Assembly: GCA_964016885.1 (NCBI GenBank)
Contig: OZ024752.1
Coordinates: forward strand, 18,786,001-18,850,000
Direction of reading: 5' to 3'
DNA length: 64,000 nt
Source of the DNA: Eledone cirrhosa
Lineage: Eukaryota
Numbering within the stretch: the first letter of the stretch is position 1; every line of letters starts with the position of its first letter. Both the position numbers and the translations under genes were made by a program. Below the pieces are notes generated by a model. The model made no database searches and was not told the origin of the DNA. It saw only the letters and a program-made list of their open reading frames with translations. Positions 25,738-37,036 of this stretch are shown piece after piece.

Positions 25738-27615
25738 AACAGCATCATCATTAACTGCTACAAGGGTAAAGGAGATGCTCTAGATAGGGGAAACTATAGA
25801 AGCATTAAGTTAGTTGACCAGGTCATGAAGATCACAGAAAGAGTAATAGCACAACTAATCACAGATCTAGATGAAATGCAGTTTGGGTTTGTATCAGGTA
25901 AAAGTACCACAGACGCTCTTTTCCTTGTATGACAACTACAGGAGAAGTACCTAGCTAAAAGTAAACCCCTCTACTTAGCTTTTGTTGACTTAGAGAAAGC
26001 CTTTGACAGAGGCCCACACTCCATTATCTGATGGGCTCTTAGAAACCTAGGAGTAGATGAATGGCTTGTGAGAGCTATACAAGCCATGTATAAAGAAACA
26101 GTCAGCAAGGTTAGAATTAACAATGAATATAGTGAAGAATTTAGCATAAAAGTCGGTTTTCATCAAGGCTCTGTCCTTAGACCCTCCTGTTTATTATTGC
26201 CCTTCAGGCTATAACAGAGGAGTTTAAGACCGGCTGCCTATGGGAACTTCTATATGCAGATGATCTAACTCTCATAGCTGAATCAATGACTGAACTAGAG
26301 AAGAAATTCCAAACATGGAAGCATGGCCTAGAATCAAAAGGCCTTAAAGTTAACTTGTCTGAGACTAAAGTTCTAGTTTGTAGAAAGGAAAATAGGGCAC
26401 CGGTCCCCTCTGGGAAATGGCCTTGCTCAGTATATAAGAAGGGAATAGGTAGAAATTCCATTCTATGTCCCAAATGTAAACTATGGGTACATAAAAGATG
26501 TAATGGGATCACAGGTAGGCTATCTAAGACCGTAGATTTTATATGTGGCCGATACTCAGGTGCAATAAGTAGCAAGTGCCCACAGGATACTAGCTCCTTC
26601 TACTGCACAGATGGTTCTATAGAAATAATGGACACTTTCTGTTACCTGGCAGCAGTGGCGGAGGGTGCTCAGAAAGTACAGTAGCCAGAGTTAGAACGGG
26701 ATGGAAAAAGTTCAGAGAACTTATACCACTATTGGCCGCTAAAGGGTTCTCTCTAAAAATGAAAGGCAGATTGTATGATGCCTGTATACGAACAGCAATG
26801 TTACATGGCAGTGAGACATGGGCATTGTGTGCAGAGGACCTGCGCAGACTGGAAAGGAACGAAACATGCATGCTCCGTTGGATGTGTAATAGTAATATAT
26901 ACGAACGGCAAAACATAAATGAATTAAGTGAGAAATTAGGAATAAGAGGGATCAGATGTTGTTTACTTGAGAGAAGATTATGTTGGTATGGTCACGTGAT
27001 GCGCACGAAAGACGACAGCTGTATAAAAAAGTGCAGGGCGATCAAAATTGATGAAAGTTACAGAGTAGGTAGACCCAGAAAAACCTGGGACAACATGATA
27101 AATTCCGACCTTGCACACTTGTACCTCTCTAAGACAATGTCACTGGACCGAGATCTTTGGCGCTACGCAGTAATACAGAAGACCCGCCTTGACTATGTAC
27201 ATAGCAAAACCTACAGTCAGTAGGCCCCTCCAAACCAAATATACATATACACCCCAACCCACTATCCCTACTCCACCCTCCCACTCCCACCAACACCACC
27301 CCTTTCTCTGTAAAGTTATATTGCTACCACAACATCCAGTCTAAAAACTAAATGAGGTTGTGTAGGTGTCACAACAAAAAAACACACAGTCGACGCTGTA
27401 ATGGGGCCGTGTAGGTAACACGGTAAAAAGTTCCCAGTTCCACACTGTAAATGTGGTTGGTGTTAGGAAGGGCATCCAGCTGTAGAAAACCTGCCAGATA
27501 GTCCTATATGAGCGAGACACGGTCACTTGACCAACTTTGCCTCAAATTGGGACAATTCCCATCTAACCCATGCTAGCGTGGAAGATGGATGTTAAACGAT
27601 GATGATGATGATGAT
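25738..27615 (+). mobile_element. 5'-truncated RTE-clade LINE with RT pseudogene, 3' UTR and (GAT)n tail
   Basis: Translates SIIINCYKGKGDALDRGNYRSIKL, QFGF, AFVDLEKAFD, HQGSVL, ELLYADDL, then MLHGSETW...RRLCWYGHVMR...GRPRKTW. Contains stops and frameshifts and ends GATGTTAAAC(GAT)n. Confidence 0.95.
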
Positions 27616-28088
27616 ACACACATGTATACATATATATCATCATCATGTGGAAGAAAACTTTAATTATTTTAATTGAAGACTAGCTGCCCATAGGAACTCC
27701 TGTAAGCAGATAACTTGGTCCTCATAGATGGATCTGTTCTGGAACTAGAGAAGAAATCCCAGACTTGGAAGAAAAACCTGGAATCAAGAGGCAAAACTAA
27801 AGTCCTTGTAAACAGGAAAGATGACAGGGCCCTGGTTCCACCAGGGTTATGGCTGTCTTTAAGCAAAATAAAAGGGTCTGATAGAAATTCCATATAGTGT
27901 ACAAAATGTAAATTACAGGTACACAAGAAGTGTAGGAGGATCTCTGGAGGATTAACAAATAATGTAGGCTATGTATGCAGCAGATAGGCAGGAGTAGTAA
28001 CTGAAAATGCTCTCATGAAATAGACTCTATCAAATGCTCTGATGGCTCCTTAGAAGTGGTTGACACCTCTGCTACCTAAGTGACTTAA

Positions 28089-28308
28089 CCCTTGAATGTT
28101 CAAACCGGCCAAAACCAGCCAGAGTTCTCTACCTCTTTCTGTTGAAACTGGCTGTAACTGGCCACTCATACTGATGTTAAGATATTGTTCTCAAAATAAA
28201 TACTTTCGAAATCTCATAGATTCGATATTATGTGAGATAATTATGTGAGGTAGAGCCTTTACCATGAAAATATAATAGTATATATAGAGTAATGTGAATG
28301 CTAAAGGG
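28089..28308. mobile_element. piggyBac-type MITE (TTAA target)
   Basis: TTAA|CCCTTGAATGTTC...GAATGCTAAAGGG|TTAG. It is an inverted homolog of 28575-28796. Confidence 0.8.
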
Positions 28309-28574
28309 TTAGTTAGTGTGTATGCATGTGTGTGTGTGTGAGGGAGGGGGGGGGGGCTGTTCTGGAAATATAGTAGCTAGAGTGAGAACTTGGTAGAAAA
28401 AGTTCATGGAGCTACTACCTCTGTTGGCCACCAAGGGTTTCTCCCTCAGAATGAAAGGCAGGTTGTATGATTCCCTATGTGAGATGTGTGATGCAACATG
28501 GAAGTGAGATGTGGGCCTAGAAGGTAGAGGATTTTTGAAGACTGGAAAGAAAGCATGTTCTATTGGATGTTTAA

Positions 28575-28796
28575 CCCTTTAGCATTTACATTACTCTATA
28601 TATACTGTTGTATTTTTGTGGTAAAGGCTTTACCTTACATAATTATCTCACATAATATCGAATCTATGAGATTTTGATATTATTTATTTTTGAGAACAAT
28701 ACCGTAACATCAGTATGAGTGGCCAGTTACGGCCAGTTTGAACAAAAAGAGGTGAGAGAATTTTGGCCGGATATGACCGGTTTAAATGCTAAAGGG
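28575..28796. mobile_element. piggyBac-type MITE with perfect TTAA TSD
   Basis: TTAA|CCCTTTAGCATTTA...TAAATGCTAAAGGG|TTAA. Removing it restores the RTE reading frame WMFNVSVHER. Confidence 0.9.
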
Positions 28797-29515
28797 TTAA
28801 TGTTAGTGTTCATGAGAGAAGAAGGATAAATGAACAGAGAGGGATAAGATGCAGTATGCAAGAGAGAAGATGGTGCTGGTTCAGACATGTGATGTGTATG
28901 AAGGATAACAGCTGCATAAAAAGGTGTAGGGTGCTCAAGGTTGATAGAAATTGTGGAAGAGGGAGGTCAAGGAAAACTTGGGATGATGTGGTCAAGGCTG
29001 ACCCCCATGAAGATGTTACAAGACCAAATCAATTGGTGATATGTTGTACTGTAGAAGACTCACCTTCTCACATGAACAGGGTGTAATGCAAGAGGCTGAC
29101 AGACCTGACCCTCCTCTCCACCTTGCTAAACCTTATACCCCACTCCCCAAGTACCCCCACCTACATATTTCACTCCCCCTCACTTCCCTCATATAACCCA
29201 TGCTAACACAGAAAGATGTGTCGTCCCCCACTCACATACCTGATTCACTCTGTTGTCCAACCCATGTCAGCACATCTTCCTCCAATGTACAACCAGACAT
29301 AACTACTCTTTCCAAGGCTGCCCCCATAACCTACGTTTCATCTTCCATCGCAGTATCAACCAAACCCTCCTACTCCTGTCAACACCTCCCCAATTATGGT
29401 GTGCAATAAAAATACACCCAGTCCACTCTCTAAAGAGGTACTACTGATGCTAAAAAAAACCCCCCAAAACACCAGTCCACTGTTAAGCAGTAGTGCTGAT
29501 GTCATGATAAAATTT

Positions 29516-30003
29516 TCTCAGTACATGCTGTGAAGTGGTTGGTGTTAGGAAGGGCATCCAGCTGTAGAAACCAGGCTCTCAGTACATGCTGTGAAGTGGT
29601 TGGTGTTAGGAAGGGCATCCAGCTGTAGAAACCAGGCTCTCAGTACATGCTGTAAAGTGGTTGGTGCTAGGAAGGGCATCCAGCCATAGAAACCAGGCTC
29701 TCAGTACATGCTGTAAAGTGGTTGGTGCTAGGAAGGGCATCCAGCCATAGAAACCAGGCTCTCAGTACATGCTGTAAAGTGGTTGGTGCTAGGAAGGGCA
29801 TCCAGCTGTAGAAACCAGACTCTCAGTACATGCTGTAAAGTGGTTGGTGCTAGGAAGGGCATCCAGCTGTAGAAACCAGGCTCTCAGTACATGCTGTAAA
29901 GTGGTTGGTGCTAGGAAGGGCATCCAGCCATAGAAACCAGGCTCTCAGTACATGCTGTAAAGTGGTTGGTGCTAGGAAGGGCATCCAGCTGTAGAAACCA
30001 AGC
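29516..30003 (+). repeat. 61-bp tandem array (about 8 copies) from RTE 3' UTR
   Basis: Unit CTCTCAGTACATGCTGTAAAGTGGTTGGTGCTAGGAAGGGCATCCAGCTGTAGAAACCAGG. Confidence 0.95.
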
Positions 30004-30074
30004 TTGGAACCAAGTTGTAGAAAGATGGTTTGGGACTGACATTCTTTTCTTCTTTTTTTTTGTAACTATTTTTA

Positions 30075-30265
30075 ACATGAATTGGTCGAATCGTTAGAGA
30101 GTCATACAAGGTGCAACATACTTTGCAGCATGTTTCGGCTCCTTACATTAAGAGTTCAAATACTGCTGAGGTTAATTTTGCCTTTCATTCTTCTGAACTC
30201 AATAAAATATAGTACCGGTCAACTTCTGGGGCTGATTTAATTCCCTTCCCCCAAATTATTGTCTT
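30075..30265 (+). mobile_element. tRNA-derived SINE, diverged
   Basis: GAGTTCAAATACTGCTGAGGTTAATTTTGCCTTTCATTC..AATAAAATATAGTACCGG. Confidence 0.65.
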
Positions 30266-31502
30266 TCTATCTACATTAAAGTAAATGCTATTAACTTTAT
30301 TTATATATAAACACGTTTTATATCATGAATATAATATACAAATGGCACAAGTCGATAAGCAAGTACGGTTGTCAAATGTTTAAAGGTGGCACCAACATTC
30401 TCTGTTGGACACCGTACAGTGGCCCGTCTGAGGAAGGAGCTCTGCGAGGTGGGGTGACTATTGCAGCGGGTGTCACTGCCTATTGTCTGCGGGGCGCAGT
30501 CATTTTATCACCGCACCCTAGGTCCAGAGTCCAATCACCATCCCCATTCTTCTGTGACACTAGAGCCCTTGCCATTCACTTCCCTTTTCCGTTATTTTCT
30601 TTTTTCTTTATATTTTTCTGTTACATCCCATTCTTTCCAATCTAAATTTTCTTTCTTTCTTGTTCCATTAAACTATATTTACATGATAAATTCCATAAAC
30701 AATTTTTCAACAGCGTGTAATTGCATGTTTTTTCCCCTTTTTCTTCTCTTTGATTTTTTTCTTCAATGAATTTCTATTGATCTTTTTTTTTTTTTAAATC
30801 CTATTTATTAATCAGATTGTGTACACAAATTAGAATCCATTACTTCTAACTCAGATACATACATTTTCTAAATTCGTTTATCAATTCTCCCTTTAAATAA
30901 ACCTTTCATATTTAGATGTTGGTGTTTAGTGTGTGTATATATCATAGTTAAGGAAGTTGGCATAGTCCAACTAACTGTAAGTGATTCTAGTAGCAGCCAC
31001 CAGTAAACCAGTCAGCAAAAGCAGTCGTCACTTGGGCAAGAAGAAAAAGAGAGAAAGAGAATACACACGGAAAAAAGTTTCCTTTCTCATACTGCTGCTT
31101 ACATCATTTATTTCAATTTTATATTTAATAAGTTGGCTCGTGTTTTACCCGAAGCAGTATCTATCTATCTATATATATATCGCTCGCTCTCTCTCTCTAT
31201 ATATATGTAGACAGACTCATATTTATATTCCTTTCCGTCTATTTTTGAATTATTTCTTTGCTTTTCAAATTTGTTTTCGGTACACGTGTCCCACCCTTTT
31301 GCTATCGTTACAATCACCTGAATCAGCAAATTATCTTCTCAGTCTGGCTGCAACAGAACTCCTCTGCCAATCTTTACATACTTTGGTTCGCCACCAAACT
31401 TCTTAAAACAACTCCACATAAATGAAGGGATTTTAACAGACAGCTTCTTCGAATATATATATATATATATTTTATACACAAAGATTTATATTTATATAGA
31501 AC

Positions 31503-31925
31503 ATGGCGTTTTGGGGCCTTATTTTGGGCTTCTGTCTGGTGAGTATTGTACAGATATTAGCTGCCAAACCTTCTTCGAATACATACGACCATTTATATAA
31601 CAAGGCGAGGGAATCTTACTCAAGTAAAAGATGGCTTGATTGTATAAACGAAGTGAAAGGCGCTCTGAAAGATTATAAATTCTACCGAACTACTTTAATT
31701 ACATGCCGGCGTGAATGTCGACAGGAGATTAGCGATAATTCAACTTCTCTGGATTTGGAGAATACTTTACCATTTTTCTTGAAGATTATCAAAGTATCGA
31801 ACTGTGTTCGGAAGTGTAAACAAAAGAACATGCCCAACAGACCTGATGTTTCTGTTCATGAAGATATCGAAGATGATTTCGACATGCGAATTCCCTATGA
31901 CTATTTACAGTACTGTTATTACAAG
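31503..31925 (+). CDS. Exon 1 of a leprecan-family gene (prolyl 3-hydroxylase / CRTAP / SC65-like ER protein)
   Basis: ATG, hydrophobic signal peptide (MAFWGLILGFCLVSIVQILA), YDHLY..A..Y...W, two CxxxC motifs (CRREC, CVRKC) and F..R.PYDYLQYCYYK. Followed by a canonical donor AAG|GTAAGT at phase 0, matching the first-intron position I recall for vertebrate P3H1/CRTAP. The paralog cannot be resolved from one exon. Confidence 0.88.
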
Positions 31926-32792
31926 GTAAGTCCGGATAGTTTTTCACCTAGGTGGATGAACTGCATGGTTGAAATATTTTTATGATGATGATGACCCCTA
32001 AAATTAGGTTAAACCTAAAACATTCGATAACACAGTGGTGTACAGATTCTAGGGACTTTTTAGATTCGAATATACTTTCATTTGTTTGTTTTAAATTACA
32101 TTTATACTTATTTAGAAGAACTAAGACCCCTTTCTCTGTCGAACATTTTAGTATATATTTATTTACATTTTCAATAACAACAGTGGCTAAATGCTAACTT
32201 CCTGACAAAACTTTGTTGAACGAAGTATTCAATCTTTACTGCTTGAGACAATTGTCACTTCTCACTCTATATCTTCTCCGTAATTTAACGGACTTGACTT
32301 AAAAATTAATGAAATATTTATTGATCTGGAGAAGAAATGCCTGATGTTGCTGCTAGGGACGAGACACAAACGAAACCGAAGAATTTTTCTTCTGCGATAC
32401 TTTCAGTTATTGATGATTCAAGTATTAAAACTTGTAGAAAGTTTTTGTCACACATATTTTATTCTACATATTTTAACGACCGTGATTGCAATTAATGGAA
32501 TATTATTGTAGGGGTTGCTGCGAGGACTGTGACAAACCATTCCGAATAGGTTTTCTTCGGCGACACTTAGTTACTGGTGATTAAAAGTATCAAAACTTCT
32601 AGAAAGTTTCGCCTACTTTGACAATTCCTTCAGATTGACATGACTGACTAAATAGAAATGTGGTAGTTGTAAATAGTTCTTTTATTGTGATTTTGGGTAT
32701 ATTCTACTCCTGTTCGATCTTTATATATATATACATACATCGTCTGAAATTAACTGTTGAAACAAGAGCTCAGCCGTCAGGTCCCAAACCTC

Positions 32793-32854
<62 letters not shown>

Positions 32855-32943
32855 AAAAAGTAAAAATTTGGTAGAAATATCCAAGGATAAGAGCATTCAG
32901 TCCATAGGACGAGTTTAGTATAAATAATTACAATAGTGACATA

Positions 32944-32996
32944 AACGGGTACTTAAGTTTCGTTGGGTTCTGGACCCCAACTCATTCAGCCTGTCA
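32944..32996 (-). ncRNA. Type I hammerhead ribozyme (family A)
   Basis: Minus: gacagg-CTGAATGA-gttggg gtccagaa cccaac-GAAA-cttaag-TA-cccgtt. Stem III region ACTTAAGT is a palindrome and the core has a one-nt insertion. Confidence 0.7.
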
Positions 32997-33217
32997 TAAG
33001 AAATAAGTCACTGTTGTAATTATATATATATAAAATATATTTAAGTTACGTCCATTGGTTGTTTGGAGGAGCACAATTTCCTAATATTCCTCAAAGTTTT
33101 GTGAGTACAATTGTAAATGGTCGAGTTATTATTACGGAGCCAACAACGAAAATAACCATTCTAATACAGAATAAACTTATATACACCCTGTATACTGATT
33201 TCTAGCCACACACACTT

Positions 33218-33397
33218 TTAACTCTTTAACATATAAACCGGCCAGAATCCTCTCACCACTTTCTGTTCAAACGGGCCATAACCACTGATGTTTCGGTATT
33301 GATCTCAAAATAAATACCAAAATCTCATAGATTCTGAGGAACAACTTTACCAGGAAAATATAATAGTAAATATAGAGTAATGTAAATGCTAAAGGGA
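33218..33397. mobile_element. piggyBac-type MITE, degenerate copy
   Basis: Homologous to 28089-28308 and ends AATGTAAATGCTAAAGGG. Confidence 0.7.
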
Positions 33398-33514
33398 TAT
33401 ATATAATTTATGTTCATACACGGAACAAAAAGTGCTACCTAAGGTTTCAAGGTCCTATTATGACCATCACCCTAGAATGTGCAGAGTGAAAGAGCGATCA
33501 AATTTTTGACCCAG

Positions 33515-33557
<43 letters not shown>

Positions 33558-33821
33558 CAATGATGACCATGACGATTTTCATAACGATTTATTGATTGGT
33601 TTGACTTATTCTCCGACTCAGAAATGTCCGAATAGTCCAAGAATTTGATCGGATAATGACGACTCTCTCAAGCAATTGAAGTGGTCTCACTTATTTTTCA
33701 ATTCATAAACTGATTTTGCTGTCAGGGATTTTGATTAAGCATCTTATGTTTAAGTTACTTGAGATTTTATAGATCCTCAGGGAATGATATTTTATCGACC
33801 CGTTGGTGATATGCATAAGGT

Positions 33822-33891
<70 letters not shown>

Positions 33892-34195
33892 ATGTACATG
33901 CGCTCTGAGTTCGAATCAAAGGATGAAAGGCAAAGTTGACCACGGTCCACTTTGCCTTTCATCCTTTTGAGGTCGATAAAAAAGTACCAGCCCAGCACGA
34001 GTCGATTCTTCCCCTATAGGGAAAATCGACTGTGTTCAGACCTGGAGAGGGTTGGGCTCCTCCACAAGGAGTTATGGGACCTTATATATATAACAAAGAG
34101 GTTGTGGTAAGATACCAAGTGGACCATAACGCACCAGAGTACTCGATACGTGGGGTAGTAGAGTGGGCAATATGAATCTTTTCATGTATATATCT

Positions 34196-34355
34196 ATATC
34201 AACATCAGCGTTTAACGTCCATCTTCCACGCTAGCATGGGTTAGACGAGAATTGTCCCACTTGAGGCAAGATTGGTCGGGTGACCGTGTCTCGCTCGTAT
34301 AGGACTGTTTGGCAGGTTTTCTACGGCTGGATGCTCTTCCTAACACCAACCACAA
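34196..34355 (-). mobile_element. RTE LINE 3' end fragment
   Basis: Reverse complement of the 27450-27600 UTR. Confidence 0.85.
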
Positions 34356-34356
34356 T

Positions 34357-34960
34357 TTATATATCTAGGGCGGGTAAAATTCCCGAGATCCATGGACGAG
34401 TTCTCTCCAGTTCTGTCCTTAGGGCATCAACATACGTTAACCTTGGTCTTCCTCTTCCAGTGTGTCCATGTAGGGGCTCCCACAGGAGCACTGAGTGCAG
34501 TGTCAACTCTGGATGTCGGTGAGCATGTCCAGTTAACCTCAGTCTCCTCTGTGCCACTTTTGAGCTGACTTTTGGGAGGCTCCCATACAGCTCTGAGTTT
34601 TTCATCCTCAGTGTATACTGATTAATGTTCAGAGCCATCCTCAGCATTCTCGTGTAGCACCCATCCACCATCTGTGTGAGTTTCTTGGTCAGTGTCCAAG
34701 TCTCAGACCCGTACAGCAGCACAGACTCCACTACAGCAATGAAGAACGGATCTTCGGGTCTTCACGAAGGTCCAACTTCCACACCGATCTCAAGTTGTGG
34801 CACGCCGCCCAGGCCTTGCTCTTCCTCTCAACCACATCATCTTCCGTATTCCCAATCTTTGCTCACAAATCTGTCCTCAACCAATTCTAGTGGCTTCCCG
34901 CCAACATTAGTGATCCCCACTGGCTTCTTAACATTCTCTACCAGATATTTTGTTTTACAT
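34357..34960 (-). mobile_element. Fragment of a different LINE (RTE-X-like C-terminal region)
   Basis: ESVLLYGSETWTLT..DGCYTRMLRMALNI..ELYGSLPKVS....RRLRLTGH..RH....GRP.LTYVD. Confidence 0.8.
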
Positions 34961-35263
34961 ATATAATTTATATATATATATATATATATAAACAATGAGT
35001 TATTTAATTTGTTGATTATTCAACAAAGTTAATTTATAACAGATTAGAAGCGGAGTATAATTAATATCAATAATATTAATAAATGGACAATATCTTTATA
35101 AAACCATATTTATTTTATTATACACTAACAGAATGGCCTGGCGTTGCTCGGGATTTGCTCTAGGGTTCTTATATATTTGATATATATTTATCCTTATCGA
35201 GCCTCGTGAAATAAATACGTTTGTTTATATTTTGTTATTGTGTATGCAAAAATATCTGTACAC

Positions 35264-35323
<60 letters not shown>

Positions 35324-35529
35324 TTTCTGAATTTGTTTAGCAAGATTCTTTATCTGAAAACGTGTGTTGAAACCGATATTGTTATACTTTGGGAGGGTCA
35401 TGTTGCCAATAAGAAACACACGCACCACATGATTTCACTTCAATTTATTACAATAAATTTATAAATTTAGGAATTTATAAATTTCCGGTTGGTTGGTTGG
35501 TCCTACAACCAGATGATTGTTTATATATT

Positions 35530-35572
35530 GTCAAAGTTCTTTCGTCACAAATTCTGTGACCTCTTCAGTGAC
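35530..35572 (-). ncRNA. Minimal type I hammerhead ribozyme (family B)
   Basis: Minus: gtca-CTGAAGA-g-gtcaca gaatt tgtgac-GAAA-gaac-TT-tgac. Stems I and II pair perfectly and stem III is minimal. Confidence 0.7.
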
Positions 35573-35637
35573 TGGGGATTCTTTTCTTTGTTTTTGTGTC
35601 TCTCCTTTGTTCTGTCCTACGCCATCTTGTTTTTGTG

Positions 35638-35692
<55 letters not shown>

Positions 35693-35767
35693 CCGGGAGC
35701 TTCCAACAGAAATGGTCGCATTCTTAAAGTGTATGTCAATATTTATTTATAAAACTGCTCTATATTA

Positions 35768-35832
35768 TATTTTATCTGATGAAAGTACACCATAATTTAA
35801 CTTGGTGTCCTTGAAATATGTATAATGAAATA
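35768..35832 (+). ncRNA. Type I hammerhead ribozyme (family C), duplicate at 41479-41543
   Basis: tattttat-CTGATGA-aagtacacca..tggtgtcctt-GAAA-tatgta-TA-atgaaata. Confidence 0.75.
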
Positions 35833-36008
35833 AATATGGTTTTATAAATATAGTTTCTATTTGTATAGTATATATATATATATATATATTAAAATAACAG
35901 ATTAAAGTTTAAGCAAAGAATCGCTGCTTTCACCCTTAACGGGATGTTCTGAAACTAAAAAAAATCAATCTGTGGGGACAGTAGTAAATATTTCGAAAAA
36001 CAAATGCA

Positions 36009-36067
<59 letters not shown>

Positions 36068-36153
36068 GTAGGAGGTGAGTTTTATTGTAGTACAATAAAG
36101 CAATGCAGATATCGGATAAGAAGCACTCTACAGTTTGTAGGACTGGAGTATAC

Positions 36154-36479
36154 ATAATATAAGATCAAAAGATGGTTAAAGGAGTTCCATGTATTTTATT
36201 ATGCGCATTTCAAAAACAAACATCATCATGCAATAATATTTGTGTTTTCATCAGATAAAACAGGAGAACATGATATGAAGGCTAAAAAACACTTGTGGAT
36301 AGTGCAGTTTTAAATCAACATAAAACTGCACTATCCACAAGTGTTTTTTAGCCTTCATATCATGTTCTCCTGTTTTATCTGATGAAAACACAAATATTAT
36401 TGCATGATGATGTTTGTTTTTGAAATGCGCATAATAAAATACATGGAACTCCTTTAACCATCTTTTGATCTTATATTAT
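36154..36479. repeat. Palindrome with 159-bp arms and 8-nt loop, duplicate at 41863-42188
   Basis: Arms are reverse complements around the loop AATCAACA (36313-36320). Confidence 0.95.
36372..36440 (+). ncRNA. Type I hammerhead ribozyme (family D), mirror copy on minus strand at 36193-36261
   Basis: gttttat-CTGATGA-(long AU-rich stem II)-GAAA-tgcgca-TA-ataaaat. Stem III region ATGCGCAT is a palindrome. Confidence 0.78.
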
Positions 36480-36889
36480 ATATATATATATATATATATA
36501 CCCACACACATATAGCGTCATAATGTCGTAATGCAGACAGACAGACATACAGACAGATATTATAAGGGCGCAACGTTATATCTATGTATCTATCTAAAAA
36601 GAAAGACTAAGAATTATAGAGAGAGATCGCTAAATCGCCTAATGCGGTCCCTAGGGCATTGCAAATTTAAAATATGTTTTGCTCAAAACACTCAGATGAC
36701 CATAGGTATTACATGTGTAAAGTTTGAAAAAAATCGGTTGGGTGGTTCTCGAGTTTTAGGGAGACAGACAGACAAACAGACATTCTCTGTTTTAGATATA
36801 TAGATTATATAGTAATAATACTAAATTTGAAGACTAAAATCCAAAGATAAGGATAAATATATATTAGATATATAAGAACTGTAGAGCAA

Positions 36890-37017
36890 ATATTTATTAA
36901 AATAACAGATTAAAGTTTAAGCAAAGAATCGCTGCTTTCACCCTTAACCGGATCTTCTGAAGAAGGGTGAAAGCAGCGATTCTTTGCTTAAACTTTAATC
37001 TGTTATTTTAATAAATA
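36890..37017. repeat. Fold-back element with about 55-bp arms (CAGAAGA hammerhead-like family)
   Basis: TATTTATTAAAATAACAGATTAAAGTTTAAGCAAAGAATCGCTGCTTTCACCCTT and its reverse complement. Relatives at 24250-24450 and 35888-35956. Confidence 0.85.
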
Positions 37018-37036
37018 GATTATATATATATATATA

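Larger units (their letters stand above)
27670..30010 (+). mobile_element. Older degenerate RTE LINE copy interrupted by two MITEs, with a 61-bp array in its 3' UTR
   Basis: Fragments ELEKKSQTWKKNLES, GFSLRMKGRLYD and QERRWCWFRHVM..GRGRSRKTWD are collinear with the 25738-27615 copy. Confidence 0.85.

Noticed and set aside
30428-30460. CTGAGGA as a ribozyme core upstream of the gene
   Set aside because: No downstream GAAA or closing stems.
30325-31406. Upstream ORFs or a divergent gene exon (ATGAT|GTAAGC on minus near 31095-31105)
   Set aside because: Low-complexity translations with no recognisable homology. The donor-like motif alone is insufficient.
31926-31985. C-terminal 19 codons of the 160-aa ORF
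   Set aside because: They lie after a consensus GTAAGT donor where family similarity ends, so this is intronic read-through.
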